Of a DNA stretch of 64,000 nt, positions 1 to 13,566 are shown in pieces. Each line of letters opens with the position of its first letter. Positions within the stretch are counted from its first letter, which is position 1. The notes beneath the pieces were generated by a model. The model was not told where the DNA came from, made no database searches, and saw only the letters and a program-made list of their open reading frames with translations. The position numbers and the translations under genes are program-made. Source of the DNA: Octopus vulgaris (taxonomy: Eukaryota); NCBI GenBank assembly GCA_951406725.2, contig OX597815.1:153264001-153328000 (forward strand), read 5' to 3'.

Positions 1-730
1 TATTCGCATCTATCTTTCTGTAAGTTTGAATGGTGAAGTTCCAGAGGAGTGAGATGTGATCATTTTCAAGCACTGGAAGTGGTTTGTGTACCCACCAGTT
101 TTTATCATGGGGCAGGTCCAGGTTTTTTCAAATTACCCAGTGAATATATAGTGCTGCTCTATCATGCCTGTTGAGATACTCTGTAGGCGCAAGAGGACTG
201 CACATGGAGACAACATGATCAGTGGTTTCATTTTGTTGTTGACATACACGACATGTTGTGCCAGGTAGCTCCTTGTAGCTCTTGGGCTGCTATGTAAACC
301 CTTCTGTTTCTGAATTTGAGTAAGGGCTTTGTCAACATCGGCACTATTAGCTCTCTTTCGGTATTTGCCATTGAGAGGCTTTTCTTGCCATTTATCAGTA
401 AGAATATCTAAGGCAGTAGTTTTAGCAAGGGTTTTCATACGCTTTGCTTTTTCTGTGCTTGTTTCCAGTACCTCTAATTCTGGAATTTGTTGTATGTGGA
501 ATTCACTCAGATATTCCTTTGCCTATTTTGTTCCTAAGTATGATGTGTTCTTGTTTTGATGCTTTGAGACAAGTTTTATCATCTCGTTGTCAGAGTTTTT
601 CACGTAGGTGTCTAGGCCAATTGTGGCCATCTTAATTGTTAATTCAAGTTATAAAAGTCCACAGCCACCCTCTTTTCTTGGCAGGTAAAGTCGTTCTATA
701 TCTGCCTTAGGGTGTTGCATTCTATGCATT
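1..730 (-). mobile_element. Decayed RLE-type (R4/Dong-like) non-LTR retrotransposon fragment, RT thumb to CCHC knuckle
   Basis: Minus-strand translation across frameshifts and stops gives MHRMQHPKADIERLYLPRKEGGCGL, KWQEKPLNGKY, TCRVCQQQNETTDHVVSMC (CCHC knuckle), EYLNRHD and WWVHKPLPVLENDHISLLWNFTIQT. Runs off the window start. Confidence 0.85.
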
Positions 731-2364
731 TTCGTATTTTTCTGTCAAAATTACATATTTCAGTAATTAACAAGTTAATGATATTGAAACTGTAAGTCAC
801 GATCGGTTTGGCTAAAGTATTGATCGTTTCGATCCTGTTTGGCAGAGGTGGGGCGAATCTGTAAAGACAGGGACAGAGATAGTATTGAATGAGTCGATTT
901 CAGTCTCAGTATATGACTGGTATTGAAATTATCGATTCCAGTAGAGTTTCGGTTAAGATACAGAATCCTTGTTAACTAAATAATGATTTTAGTTCTCTAC
1001 TGTTTTAGTTTGAGCTTTTCCTTTACAAATGGTTTCAGAAATGTATTATATATTCAAGCTATTTGTATCATTATTCTGAGCATATGTTTTGTAAAATGAA
1101 AATTCAGTTGAAGTGTTAAAATGGGAAGATTAGTCTATTTTCTTTAAATTTTCTACTGAAGACTTTAAAAGTTTTCTCGAGGTTGTAATTTATAAACCAT
1201 GATAATTGAAATGTAACTTAATTATAAATGTACAATTTATAATTAAAATTAAAATTCCGACTTCCGAAACAGGTCTTCTCATACTTTAGAAATCACTAAA
1301 TAATCAAAGATGTCAAATTTATAATCAGCGCTTAATTTTGACCGTTCCGGCTTTTTCGTATAAGAATGTTTTACAAACTATTTTGTTAGGAATTTTCAAA
1401 AATGAATGATGAGATATTTCAGTGTTGTAATAAAAAAGAAGCTGGATTTATTTAGACTGTTTGAACATGTTCTATATCTCTAAATGATTCCTATTCTATT
1501 TGTTTCTAAGTTACATCACCTAGACTTCAAAAATTCAAATAACCATAATGTCATTTCTGAAACTAATTGTCAGACTTTAGTATGAGTGAAATTCAAAATG
1601 ATGGGCAGTAATTGGATATCTCTGTTCATGGAAATATTGTATCAGGTATATTTAACAAAACAAATAATGTTATAGTTACTACGCGGAGGTTTTGTTTTCT
1701 CAAAACCATTGCTAATATGGAAGAAACGAAAGGAGAGATATATTAAGATTACTATTGGTTTCTTTCAGAATTAGAAAATAATGTTTTAACCATAATTGGA
1801 AGTTAAAGCTGTCCAAATCAATAGGACGTCGGACAACTGGCCGAAGTATCGATGATTGTGTCCATAGCTAAGACAATTAACGTCAGTGATGGAGTACGAA
1901 CTGTAGAATCTTTGGCACCAATCGATTTGGACGACTGCAACTCTCGAGATAAATCAAGCGTATTACCAAATATACTTTCGCGCCATTGCATTTTCAACAA
2001 CAACAAAAAAGAAAAAGAAAAAGAAAAGAAAAGAATAAAGAAAAAAGAAATTTCCCCCTTAAAACTACGTTTTCCTAGGCTGTTTCTAGAAATAGCTGCC
2101 AATTTTTCTCAAATCATACCATACCAACTTCAGTAAAGGTAGATATATTATGTAAGATGTATTGGACTGCTATATACTGTAGTCCACAATAGACAACAAG
2201 TCAAGTTGGTTACAACTGGAACGATTCTGATAATGGATTTGATCGTTCATGTTTGAGCAAAACAACAATGTGGTTTATGGGTGTAAATAAGCCTTGCAAT
2301 TTCTGGAAAAAATCTCTCCAAAATTACTAAGTAATTCTATTAAGCTATAGATTTAACAACTGTG

Positions 2365-2547
2365 ACATCCTCCTCTTCCTCCCCTCTTCCTCCCCTTCTT
2401 CTTCCCCCTCTTCCTCCTCCTCGTCATCTTCCTCTTCCTCCCCTCTCCCTCCCCTTCTTCCTATTTCTCCCCCTCTTCCTCCTCCTCTTCCTCCTCCTCG
2501 TCATCTTCCTCTTCCTCCCCTCTCCCTCCCCTTCTTCCTATTTCTCC

Positions 2548-2584
<37 letters not shown>

Positions 2585-3050
2585 CTCCTCTTCCTCCTCC
2601 TCTTCCTCCTCCTCTTCCTCCTCCTCTTCCTCCCTTCTCCCTCCCCTTCTTCCTCTTCCTCCCCTCTCCCTCCCCTTCTTCCTCTTCCTTCCCCTCTTCC
2701 TCCCCACTTCCTCCCCTCTCCCTCCCCTTCTTCCTCTTCCTTCCCCTCTTCCTCCCCACTTCCTCCCCTCTTCTTCCCCCTCTTCCTCCTCCTCTTCCTC
2801 CTCCTCGTCATCTTCCACTTCCTCCCCTCTCCCTCCCCTTCTTCCTCTTCCTTCCCCTCTTCCTCCCCACTTCCTCCTCCTCTTCCTACTCCTCGTCATC
2901 TTTCTCTTCCTCCCCTCTCCCTCCCCTCTTCCTCTTCCTCCCCTCTCCCCCTCTTCCCCTCACCCTCTTCCACCTCCCATCCCCCTCCCCTCCTCATTCT
3001 CCTTCTTCTCCTCCTCCTCCTCCTCCTCCTCATCGTCATCGTGGTCATCC
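2365..3050. repeat. Long polypyrimidine (CCT/CTT) low-complexity tract with internal duplications
   Basis: About 690 bp almost entirely C/T on +; units such as cttcctcctcct and ctcgtcatcttcc recur. Confidence 0.95.
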
Positions 3051-3054
3051 TCAT

Positions 3055-3770
3055 CATTATTATTCAGTAGTCTTATTTTTATCGCGTGCTTTCACTGCAC
3101 TACCGAGCTGTGTGTCTTGGTAAGTGCTGTAGTTTGTTGTGGTGGTCTCATTTTCACTGTATTGAAAACATTTTACGTAGGATGTGTGCTGTGCCTAGTA
3201 GTGCTATTTTCTCTATGTTGTACATACTTGTAAGCCCTGGCGTTTTGCTATGTATTCGTCTGAATGTTTTTTTATCATACCTAATACGCCTACAATGATA
3301 GAAATTGTTTCTCATTGTAGGCTCCACATTCAAGTTACCTCTATTTCCAGATCTTTGTATTTCGAAAGTTTCTCCTTTTTCTTTTAGAGAAACATTGTCA
3401 TCCTTTGGTATTCATACATCGATTAGAAAGCATTTTTTTCTTGGTGATCTCTGACAACTATATCCGGCTTATTGGCCTTAATTACTCTTTGTGTATTGGA
3501 ACATAACAAGGTATGATTGATTTCTCATTTTCTGTGACCTTCTCTGGCGTGTGCCTATACCATCTTTTTTCTGTTGCTATTCCATAGTGTTTGCATAGCT
3601 TCCAGTGTATACAGGTCCGAACTCTGTCGCAACTGTGAATATATTCCTTCTTAGCCAGGACTGGGCAGCCAAAGACAATATAATTTATTGTTTCTTCTCC
3701 ATCACCACATATTCTGCAGTTACTTGTGTTTCTTTTAATTACGTGTTATTTGGTGATTTCTGGTTGAAAG
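3055..3770 (-). mobile_element. 3' end of RLE-type (R4/Dong-like) LINE with restriction-like endonuclease domain
   Basis: Minus strand reads IKANKPDIVVRDHQEKKCFLID..., KEKEKLSKYKDLEIEV, IIVGVLGMIKK and KIALLGTAHILRKMFS*, then a short 3' UTR ending in (AAT). Abuts a (GTT)/(ATT) tract on the other side. Confidence 0.85.
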
Positions 3771-3779
3771 GCTTTGGCC

Positions 3780-3831
3780 TTGTTGTTGTTGTTGTTGTTG
3801 TTGTTGTTATTATTATTATTATTATTATTTC

Positions 3832-3900
<69 letters not shown>

Positions 3901-3908
3901 TACTATTA
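3780..3908. repeat. (GTT)n-(ATT)n microsatellite
   Basis: Directly visible. Confidence 0.97.
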
Positions 3909-3909
3909 A

Positions 3910-4070
3910 GGCATCGAGCTGGCAGAATCGTTAGCACGCTTAACTATATGCTTAGCTGTATCTCGTTCGTCGCTACATTCTGAGTTCAAATTCCGCCGAG
4001 GTCGATGTAAACGACTGATCTCCTCCTCCAAAATGGCTGCCCTTGTGGATAAATTTGAAGCCATCATTAT
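3910..4070 (+). mobile_element. tRNA-derived SINE family A copy with internal deletion
   Basis: gagctggcagaatcgttagcacgc...ctgagttcaaattccgccgaggtcga joined directly to tgtaaacgact; the central part is deleted between two ggtcga microhomologies compared with the 27980 and 59987 copies. Confidence 0.75.
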
Positions 4071-4840
4071 TATTATTGTTGTTGTTGTTGTTGACAGCAG
4101 CAGCAATAAGAAAATATAAATATCAGCAACCAGTGAAAACGTTAAGAAATATTTTTAAATGAACATAACTTCAAAAAATGGTAATTTTAATCAGTTGACG
4201 TTGCAAATTTCTCGTCTGAGAGTTTGGTCTGAGAATTGATAAGTATCCAATTCTTTATATCAAAATATATTAATGTTGACATACTTACAAAATTAGAATT
4301 ATTGTCTTGCAGCGTCTAATGTTAAAAATAACCATTCTTAAAAGAAACTAAAAATAAATTGATAAGATATAATCCCATAAATACAACCGTTAATAGATTT
4401 CAGACGAAGTTGTAATATAATTCTATTGAATTGCTAAACCCATTCGAGTCACCAAGAATAAAATCCTGTATTTTGGAAATAAAACACGGCAAACTTGCGT
4501 TGGCGCGAAACTTCGTTAGGTGGAATTTGTGTAACAGTACAAGATTGATAGTGGAGAAATTGTTGTTTCTTCGTAATTTACACAAGTATATTTAGTGGTC
4601 AATTAAATGCGGAGAATATCGGTTCTTTGAGAAAAAAGAGTGTAGAATAGTTGGTGTGTAGTTAAGAAGTTTTCTATGCAACCATATGGTTTCATGTTCG
4701 GTTCTCCACTACACATCACTTGGGCAAGTATCTTTTTCTATATACTCAGGGTGACCAATGCCATGCTAGTTGATTTGGTGGATGGAAACTGTTCAGGAGC
4801 CGTCTGTAAATCTCTCTCTCCCTCTCTCATTCTCTCTCTC

Positions 4841-4893
<53 letters not shown>

Positions 4894-4914
4894 AGAGATA
4901 GAGAGATAGTAGAT

Positions 4915-4997
<83 letters not shown>

Positions 4998-5032
4998 CAG
5001 ATATATTAAACCTGCAGAATATTTACAAAAAT

Positions 5033-5137
5033 TGTTACTCAGAGTTTCACGTTCCCGTTCGTCGGACAGGTGTGATAAATATTCATTACCATCACAACTG
5101 TCCGACGAACGGGAACGTGAAACTCTGAGTAACAGTT
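5033..5137. mobile_element. Penelope-like inverted terminus: 37-bp perfect inverted repeat carrying a hammerhead motif
   Basis: 5033-5069 tgttactcagagtttcacgttcccgttcgtcggacag is the reverse complement of 5098-5134. Confidence 0.75.
5096..5137 (+). ncRNA. Minimal type I hammerhead ribozyme motif, U4C core variant
   Basis: Stem I aactgt/acagtt, core CCGACGA, stem II acg-GGAA-cgt, GAAA, stem III act-ctg-agt, cleavage triplet GUA. Confidence 0.7.
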
Positions 5138-6931
5138 CTGTGATAATTTTTCAGCTTCAATAATAAGTATATTACTCTACCCTTAATATTCGAGAACTAT
5201 TTTTCCCACCTTGTTTTGCATTTATGTGCTCACCTCTGTGTGTGTGTGTGTGTGTACAAACACACATACACACACAGTAGGATAGGCTGAAAACTACATA
5301 GGCATACATACACTCACACGCACGCCCAGATATATTCTTGACGTCATAAGAATTATAAACTTTCGAGAGGGCATGATAAATCTTTTTTGGAAAAGGTTTT
5401 CAAACTGTATAGAAAGCTATAAATAATAGCATGTAAATATTGGGTTAAACGCCCTTTTGGACAGAGAAAGTCGAAGGCTAGAGAAGTCTGTAGGTCACGA
5501 GTCCATATCTCCTGTAGACACACACACACACACACGCTTACACACATATACACACACACTTACTTACACACTTACACACACACGCATGCACAGACGCATA
5601 CATACACATGCCCATACACACACACATACATATATGTGCATATATGTATGTAAGCATGGATATTTTTGAATGTTTGCCTGTGTTTGTGCTTCTTTCTCAC
5701 CACTTGACAACCGGTGTAGGTTTGTTTAAATCTCGGTAACTTAGTAACTCAAGAAATGGAAACCAAAAGAATAAGAAATAGATTTAAGACAAGTAGTGGG
5801 TCCTATTTGATTAATTCCAGCCTTCAAGAAGGTGTCCCAGCATGTTTGTACTGCATTAACCGTTTCAAAAGAGTGAAAGAATAAAAGATTTATAGAATAA
5901 ACGAATACCCAACTATAACCGCCCAACAAATATTTATGAAACAACTCTTTCTTTAAAACATTTTTTTTTTACATTGATACAAGGACAAAAGTCTTTTTAG
6001 GGGTAGAAATATGATCCAACCCTAGAAGAATGCAATGCAAAATCAATAAAGAAAAATACTTGAATTCGGCACAATATTGTATGATATTGGTCAAGCACTC
6101 AAATATTTTCCTATTTTCCAGCCCTTTTGATGTACAATATTTGTGATGAAACCCCAAAGGCAACGGCTATTGCTGAATAGATATATATTTCACGGATACA
6201 AAGTTTGTGTATCACAAAGTGCTAACGAATATTTAATAGTTCCAGAAGCGGTGATAAAACATCCTTTCTTATCGTTCATGTAGAAGATATAAACTCGATG
6301 TAATCTGAATCCATTTAAAGATAATTCTCTTCACATTTGCAACTAATACATTTTAAAAGGGATGACCACACGATCCGCTAGAAATAAAAGACCAATCTCC
6401 ATTCGGTTTAAACTCTGTCGTGTTTAAGAAATACGGAGTGACACATTAGATACTCTAATCTATGCTGGAAAAACAAAGGTCGGGATGATCACGGCTGGAA
6501 TGCATTTGATCACAGATATGTTCGAGGATCATGACTGACCTCGGGCTAAATCATAACATCAACAATATTGGAAAAATGTATGAAAGCAACAGCATTCTAT
6601 CTGCAAGCCTTTAATACTAGAGGCTTTGTTAAGGCGGTGAACTGGCAGAGTCATTACTGCGCTGGAATAAAAATGCTTAGCTGTATTTCTTCCGACTTTA
6701 CGCTCTGAGTTCAAATGCCGCCGGGGCCAACTTTGCCATTCATCTTTTCGGAGTCACTATTTCTCGTTAGCCAATCAGTGCTCTCCATACTGTACTATTC
6801 AAAATTTCGTTATACTTTTTTAACGTGAAATACTGTGGTTTCATAATGGTTTGCAGGTTCATGCCAAGCATCTCGAAGTAAGGGTTTCCAGCTGCAAATA
6901 ACACAAGTTTCAGCCGCAAATAACACGCGCG

Positions 6932-6972
<41 letters not shown>

Positions 6973-7146
6973 AGATACTCATGAATATATGCAATCACAT
7001 ATATGTGTGTGTTTGTGTGTGTGAATGTATACCATTATATTTATCTATGCATCCATTCATAAACACATATAAAAGTGTGTGTGTTTGATTGTGTCAAGCC
7101 TAATGAATGCAAGCTATAAGTCTGTGGTTTGTACTTTTAACTTGTA

Positions 7147-7184
7147 TTTCAATATTTCGAGGCTAGGAACGCTTCTTCAGGAAA
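7147..7184 (-). ncRNA. Degenerate minimal hammerhead motif
   Basis: Minus: tttc CTGAAGA agcgttcctagcctc GAAA tatt gaaa; stem I intact, stem II imperfect. Confidence 0.4.
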
Positions 7185-7254
7185 TTTTCGGAGAAATGGT
7201 ATTATGAGCTGAGTTCTCTCTTCTGTTGTGCATGTGTATTAATATAAGTATTAA

Positions 7255-7300
<46 letters not shown>

Positions 7301-7797
7301 CACATATGTGTGTGTATGTGTATGAACGTAGCTTTAACGTCGTACTGTGTATATATTCATGTATGCAGGTGTATGTATGAATGCAAGTATGTACATATAT
7401 ATTTGTATATTATATATGCATGTGCTTGTGCATGCATGGGTGTGTTTGTGTATATACGTAAGTGAATGGGGCGTAATAAAATATATATGTGTGTATGTGG
7501 CTGTGTGTGTTTGTGTAAATGTGTGTGTGCGTGCGTATACGTATTATTTATGTTTTCTTGTAGAACCGCAAAAACCGCAATGCACAGATGTATCATAACA
7601 GTAAACATTATGACATAACTGTATCGTTAAACAGGACAGTTTCCTCTCAAATAAATATTTCGTACGTATAGAGTTAGTCAACAGTAATGATCAGTAGATG
7701 TAACAACGACCAGTACTGGTTTTTGACACCAACTGCACGATACTTTTATGCATGAAAAAATTATTCTGTTTATCAACTCAACTTGCAATCTTGTACA

Positions 7798-7831
<34 letters not shown>

Positions 7832-7938
7832 TGCACACACAAAGATTCACACACACACACTCACAGAGGCACATATATGTGTACATATATATATTTATTT
7901 ATATATATGTGTGTGTGCGTGTATGTGTAAGCATGTGT

Positions 7939-7977
<39 letters not shown>

Positions 7978-7980
<3 letters not shown>

Positions 7981-8200
7981 CGAACTGAAGTTGTAAGGTA
8001 CCGCACAAGTGGAAATATATATGAAAGAAGGTTTGAAAATGCAATTTTAAAGATGTTTATTCACTTGAACGGTTTCACTTTTTTAGCAAAAGTTTGTCAA
8101 AAGTAAAATGTAAAAGCTTTGTAAAAGATTTGTTGTGTTAATTACTGGTTGTCACAAAAGTATTGAAATACATATATACGTTCTTTGATAATAAGCAGAA
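7978..8200 (-). mobile_element. Penelope-like terminal repeat (same family as 54223-54470)
   Basis: Shares tgaagttgtaagg..., atgaaagaaggtttg, gcaattttaaagatgtttattcacttga with the 54.3 kb copy; contains a hammerhead motif. Confidence 0.6.
8061..8106 (-). ncRNA. Minimal type I hammerhead motif with C3U/G8A covariant core
   Basis: Minus: ttactt TTGACAA actttt-gctaa-aaaagt GAAA ccgt TC aagtga; 6-bp stems I and II. Confidence 0.7.
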
Positions 8201-10066
8201 AACGTTAAAAACAGTTTACAAGAATGTATTTAAGAAAATATTCAACAAAAAGTATTAGGAGTTCAATAAAAATCATGTTTGTTTGGTAGTATCTATTTAC
8301 ATACACAGAAAAAGTATTAGGAGTTCAATAAAATCATGTTTGGTAGTATATCTATACACAGAAGGAGATATATTTAAGAGTTTACAAAGAATTTGAGAGG
8401 AACCAACCTGTCTTCCTAGCATTTTTTGCTTTGTGTGTAGCTAAGGATTGTTTGCTATTTTAAGGGACAGTGTAGGAGGTTGGTTGGGATGAGGGAAGGA
8501 AGAGCAATGTGGAATTAAAAGGATATTTTTTGTTTCTGGGCTAGTCTGTCATGGTTCATTGGTTTAGGGACTGGTCTAAGAGGTCAGAATGATGTTAGTG
8601 AGTGTGTCTCCTATGCACGTCTCTATGTGTGTGTGTGTATTTACATGTGTTTGTGTGGGGGGCCGTTTTTGATTGGTCCCAGAGTTTATTTTGCGTGTGT
8701 AAATGGGTCTGTGTGTGTTTTATATTTGGTAGGATGGGTGTGTATATGTGTGCACGTTTGTGTGTGTGTGATTAATATTTGTTAGGTTGTTGTGTGTGCG
8801 CATGTGTGTGTGTGTATGTGTGCGTCTGTGGGTGCGTGTGCATGTTTGTGTGTTTTTGTGTTGTTGGGGATGTGTGTGTACGTGAGTGTGTGTGTACATG
8901 AGTGTGTGTGTATATGAGTGTGTGTATGTGTGTGTGTCTTTGTCTGAGTATGTTTGTGTTGTTATAATTGTCCTGCTGGTGTGTGTGTATGTGTATGATT
9001 GGTATGTTCTTCACATATACAACAATCTGATTATATTCATATGTATGTGCGTACAGCCATGTGTGCGTGTATATGTATGAGTGAGTGCATGCGTATATGT
9101 ATGTATGTGGATATGTGTAAATATACGTATGCATGCAAGGTATATATACCTACGTATACAGGGACGATGATACATGCAGATGAACGTTTACTTGAGTGTG
9201 CAGGTGTGCATATGCATGCGAGTAAGGATTGTATGTGTAATATGTTTGATTTATACATGTACATACATCTTCACATATATATTTTTTCTTATATTACTAA
9301 GCACTGAACTGCTAACCAGAAGTTCCTTAATTCTTCATACTCCCAACCCCTCTCTCTGTCGCTACACGTAGACTCTATCACTACACATCTGTCATTCCTT
9401 TACCTCTTACCCCTCCCCATTCCTTCTATCTTTTTACATAATAATACCTTTCTCTCTCTTTCACCCTTCATCTCCCCACTCCTACTTTCAAATTATCTCC
9501 ACTGACCACTGACTCATTTTTATCTTCATTTTTCTTTTTCCTTTTTTCTTTTTTCTTTATTTCCTTTATCCTTCCCTTCAGGGTTTTTATATTTTTTATT
9601 TTGTTATTATTTTATTACTTTTCTTCTTACTTTCTTCTCCTTCTTCTCTCTCTTTCTCTCTCTCTTTTTCTCTTCTCTTGTTTCTCTTTTTTCATTCCTC
9701 TCTTCCTGTTTTCGATTTGACTCAACTAATACACTCCCTATTTTTAGGTCACTTTAAGTAAAAACCTTTGACTCTACAACACTGTGTATAAATTCTGTAC
9801 TTGGAATGACCAAGTTTAAAAACTGCTGGATCTCACTCATAAGGTATTGGAAACTTACATTGTGTATAAACTCTATATTTGGAAGGACCCATTTTAAACT
9901 CTGTTGGACTTTACTCATAAGGTATTGGAATCTTACATATATACCATTCTACCTAAAAAATGGATCTCCAATCCCTACATATCTTGCATGTATTTTCTTT
10001 CTTCCACCTCACTTTCTGTTTTATATCACATCTAAACTAACTATGACTTAACCATCCTCTCACACT

Positions 10067-10111
10067 GTCTCCGATGAAGGGATATAATTATCCTGAAAAT
10101 AGCTGTAAGAC
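10067..10111 (+). ncRNA. Minimal type I hammerhead motif, U4C core variant
   Basis: gtct CCGATGA agggata-taat-tatcct GAAA atagctgt A agac; near-palindromic stem III. Preceded by a ~77-bp tandem duplication at 9780-9935. Confidence 0.65.
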
Positions 10112-10180
10112 CTTCTATCTATAAATGTTCTAATATCTACACACCCATGGTTTTTTTTATCTCATTACGCAAAAAATTCT

Positions 10181-10246
<66 letters not shown>

Positions 10247-10249
10247 CAT

Positions 10250-10760
10250 TTGGAATCCCAAGATGCGACCGAAAATGTCGATTATGTCATATTCCTGGGG
10301 AAGATATTACACATGATCAGCAGCTGCCCAAAATGTTATCAAGGTAATATCCCCCCACCCTCAGTGAGACATGATATATAAAGAAAGAGAACTACGCTCC
10401 TGTTGCTGAATATATACAGAAACATCAACAATGTATATTAGGTGGGTCATTTGCAGTAGGACTTCCCCCTGGTACAAACATAAAACAGTAAAAGACTGAA
10501 CCATCGATCGTAGAGTTCAGATGCCCTGCAGATTTGAATATCTCTTAAAATATGAAAGAGAAAGAGAATAACTACGGATAACTGTTGTGAAACCTTTAGC
10601 TTCCCTACGCAGATTATAAATTTACAATTATATTAATAGTAGTTGGTGCACTTAGTTTTGTTAGTAAATGCCCAAGGGACAATTTGGACAAGCTGAAGTC
10701 TTCATAAAATAAAAAAAATCAACACACAATACAAATACAAACTGTAAGCAAAACGGTAAA
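10250..10760 (+). mobile_element. Decayed RLE-type LINE C-terminal fragment
   Basis: CDRKCRLCHIPGEDITH..ISSCPK (CCHC knuckle), VRHD, ENNYG, DYKF and IVVGALSFVSKC across frameshifts. Confidence 0.65.
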
Positions 10761-10819
10761 AGTATTTTGGAATGCAACAAGCATTGTGCTTATTGACTAT
10801 CTTCAAAATATCTACACCA

Positions 10820-11226
10820 TCGAGAATACCTTGCCAACTTGCTCAGGCAGTAACGAAAGGCTATCAAGACCAAACGCCCAGGAAAACTGACGAAACGAGT
10901 TTTGTTTCATCAGACGATGCTGCACTACACAAATTCTTGGTTTCAATGGCTGCTGTGTGACTGACTGTAGCTTTGAACTGGTTGTTCAGCTACCCTATGG
11001 TCCCTCCTGACTATCATCCGTTCATTAACATACAAAACACTTGCATGGGAACCAGTATCGCAGTACTGATGACATCATGTTTGCCGTTGATGAGCAACAG
11101 GGTGAAAGTTTTTTCACCAATGGGATCCACGCAATGCAGCATCAATAAAAGAAGTATGTTAACCGTAAGGTCATACTCCATGAGAGTGTCTTGGTCAGCC
11201 TACGAACTTTTCATCCGACCCTCGTA
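10820..11226 (+). mobile_element. Mariner transposon relic (3' half plus right TIR)
   Basis: KRPGKLTKRVLF...DDAA, FELV, PPDYHPF, NQYRSTDDIM and FFTNGIHAMQHQ*KK across frameshifts; ends acttttcatccgaccctcg|TA. Confidence 0.75.
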
Positions 11227-11939
11227 TAACAGTTCTATTCTTATTTTGTTACAATTTTTTTTTTCTTGTATATTTTTACTGGAATCTTTGTCATTTCGTT
11301 TTGAATACCTTTTGATTTCTTTCACAGCAATGTCATCATAAAAAAGATGAGACACCGTTCATTACCTTTAAACAACACTTTATAACAGTGTCACTGTTTA
11401 ATCGTCTATACTTGCTTACCTGGTCCACCAACCTGACATGGACCGGGTGGCCGGTTGTATGAATTGCAGGGTCGTAGACTAGCATTTTGTCCTTGAGCCA
11501 TGGTAGTTAACGAAGTATTTGAGCTAGCGAGTTTAGCGCACTGCGTGAGAAGGTGGGAGAGGTGAGGTTGCGTCAGGGGAATGAGAAGACAAGATGGACA
11601 ACAGGGAGATTAACTGACCTCAAGTGACTTTGGTTGTTAGCCGGTTTACATTAATGCTAACGAGATGTTTCAGTTCTCCTCTGTGTATATACATACATTC
11701 ATGTACATATTCACACACACACACACGCACACAAACACACACATACATACATACGTACATATAATATATATATGCATACACACCTATATATAAATGGACA
11801 CACACACAAATCCTTATATATGTGTGTGTGTATGGATGTGTGAGTATGTGTGTGTGTATGTATGTATGTATGTACGTATATATATGTGTATATATGTATG
11901 TATATATATATATGTGTGTATATATATATTTATACGCAT

Positions 11940-11996
<57 letters not shown>

Positions 11997-13195
11997 CAGA
12001 GAAAGAATGAGTCAGAGAGAGGGAGAAAGGAATGAGAGAGGGAGATGAGAGAAAGAGAAGCGCACTGAATCCCATTTCGATTTAGAATTTGAAACGGACG
12101 GTTAAGTACAGATTAAGAAACTGGCGCTAATAATCTCTTCGCCGAAGTATCTGTAAGAGGATCAAGCAAAGCGTACACGCTCACACACAGCTCCATTTCT
12201 TCAAGCACACGCTTGTTCAATGATGTATAAAGAATCTATGAGATAGTAATTAGATACTAATGAATTAAGGAGGGAATTCTTAATATTTGCCGAAAATCTG
12301 GCGGTGAACTGACAACTTCATCTCTTTAGATTCCGATTTGAAATGTCTACGGTGTTTGACTCAGCCGTTTATCCATCTTGAGTCGATCAAAAAAATCCAA
12401 ATAAATTATTGAAATCTGTTTAATCGACTCTGCCCTCCCACTCCATAAATTGAGACCTTTTGCCTGAAGATAGAAATCAGCATTTGTTGGGAAAAGGTGG
12501 TTGTAGATTCAGTAAAGTGTCCGATGAAAATCTTTGCAGTATTTTAGCACCGTCTTGACTTCGAATTTCTCTGTGGTCGATTTTTATCTTTTTTCCCTAT
12601 TGGATTTGGTAAAATAAGAAGCAGCCATCAACTAAATTCGACTGAATTAACTCTTCTCCCTTCTCTGAAAACTTCGACATCATGCGACTGTGTTCGAAAT
12701 GAATACTTTATAAAAATATGAGTAAAATATTCTTACTTGATAAATATTAAATATTTCTCAGGAAATTCTTTCTAATTTTGGCAAAAGGATATTAATTTTA
12801 GGAAAGAACAAGTTGATTACATCAACTCCAGTACTCAGATCCTTTAGTTTATCGACTCGGAAAAGATGAAAGGCAAAAATTGACTTCGACGGGATTAGCA
12901 CTTAGAACGTAAAGAGCCGGAAGTAGTTTTGGGTAGCATGTTGTCAGACGCGTTAACAATTCCGCCAGCTCGCTATCTTTTTCTTATTAAGTAAGTGCAA
13001 ACCATGTAAAGATTCTGTTGTGTCAAGATCGTGATTCGATCTCGATTCCAAGTAAAAACAAATTCACGTCACCATGAAGCATAAATACCACTTCCTCATC
13101 TGCTTTTCTTATTCCTTTAAATTTAGTTCTTTGAAAATGAAATATGGAGACAATAATAAATCTCTGAACGAGGTATAGACAGTAACTGCACGACA

Positions 13196-13566
13196 ATGTG
13201 AAGTATATTTGCCATCTCAATATGGCTAACCACTAAGGGTGGATGTTACCGTAGCTTGTAGCCCCAGGAGAACATCTTCTCCAGCTGGCTTTAGGCACAC
13301 TTTCTCTGCCCTATCGGTATTTGCAAAGGCAGGTCATCCTTCCCAGAAGGTCATCCTTCCCAGAGGTCATCCCAATACCCAGAAACTGCAGTCCGTGCGT
13401 ATCACTTAGGTTGACGAGGAAAGGATGACCTCCCTTTGCAAATACCGATAGGGCACAGAAAGTGTGTCAATAGCCAGCTGGAGAAGATGTTCTCCTGGGG
13501 CTACAAGCTACAGTAACATCCACCCTTAGTGGTTAGCCGTATTGAGATGGCAAATATACTTCACAT
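13196..13566. mobile_element. Fold-back / MITE-like element with ~145-bp inverted arms
   Basis: 13196-13342 (atgtgaagtatatttgccatctcaat...ggtcatccttcc) is the near-perfect reverse complement of 13418-13566; the spacer has aggtcatccttcccaga repeats. Confidence 0.8.

Noticed and set aside
2362-3123. Poly-Pro/Leu and poly-Arg/Glu ORFs
   Set aside because: Translations of a CCT/CTT low-complexity tract; open only because the tract lacks stop codons.
5339-5346. Perfect CRE palindrome TGACGTCA
   Set aside because: About one 8-mer hit is expected by chance in 64 kb, and it is 17 kb from the candidate TSS.
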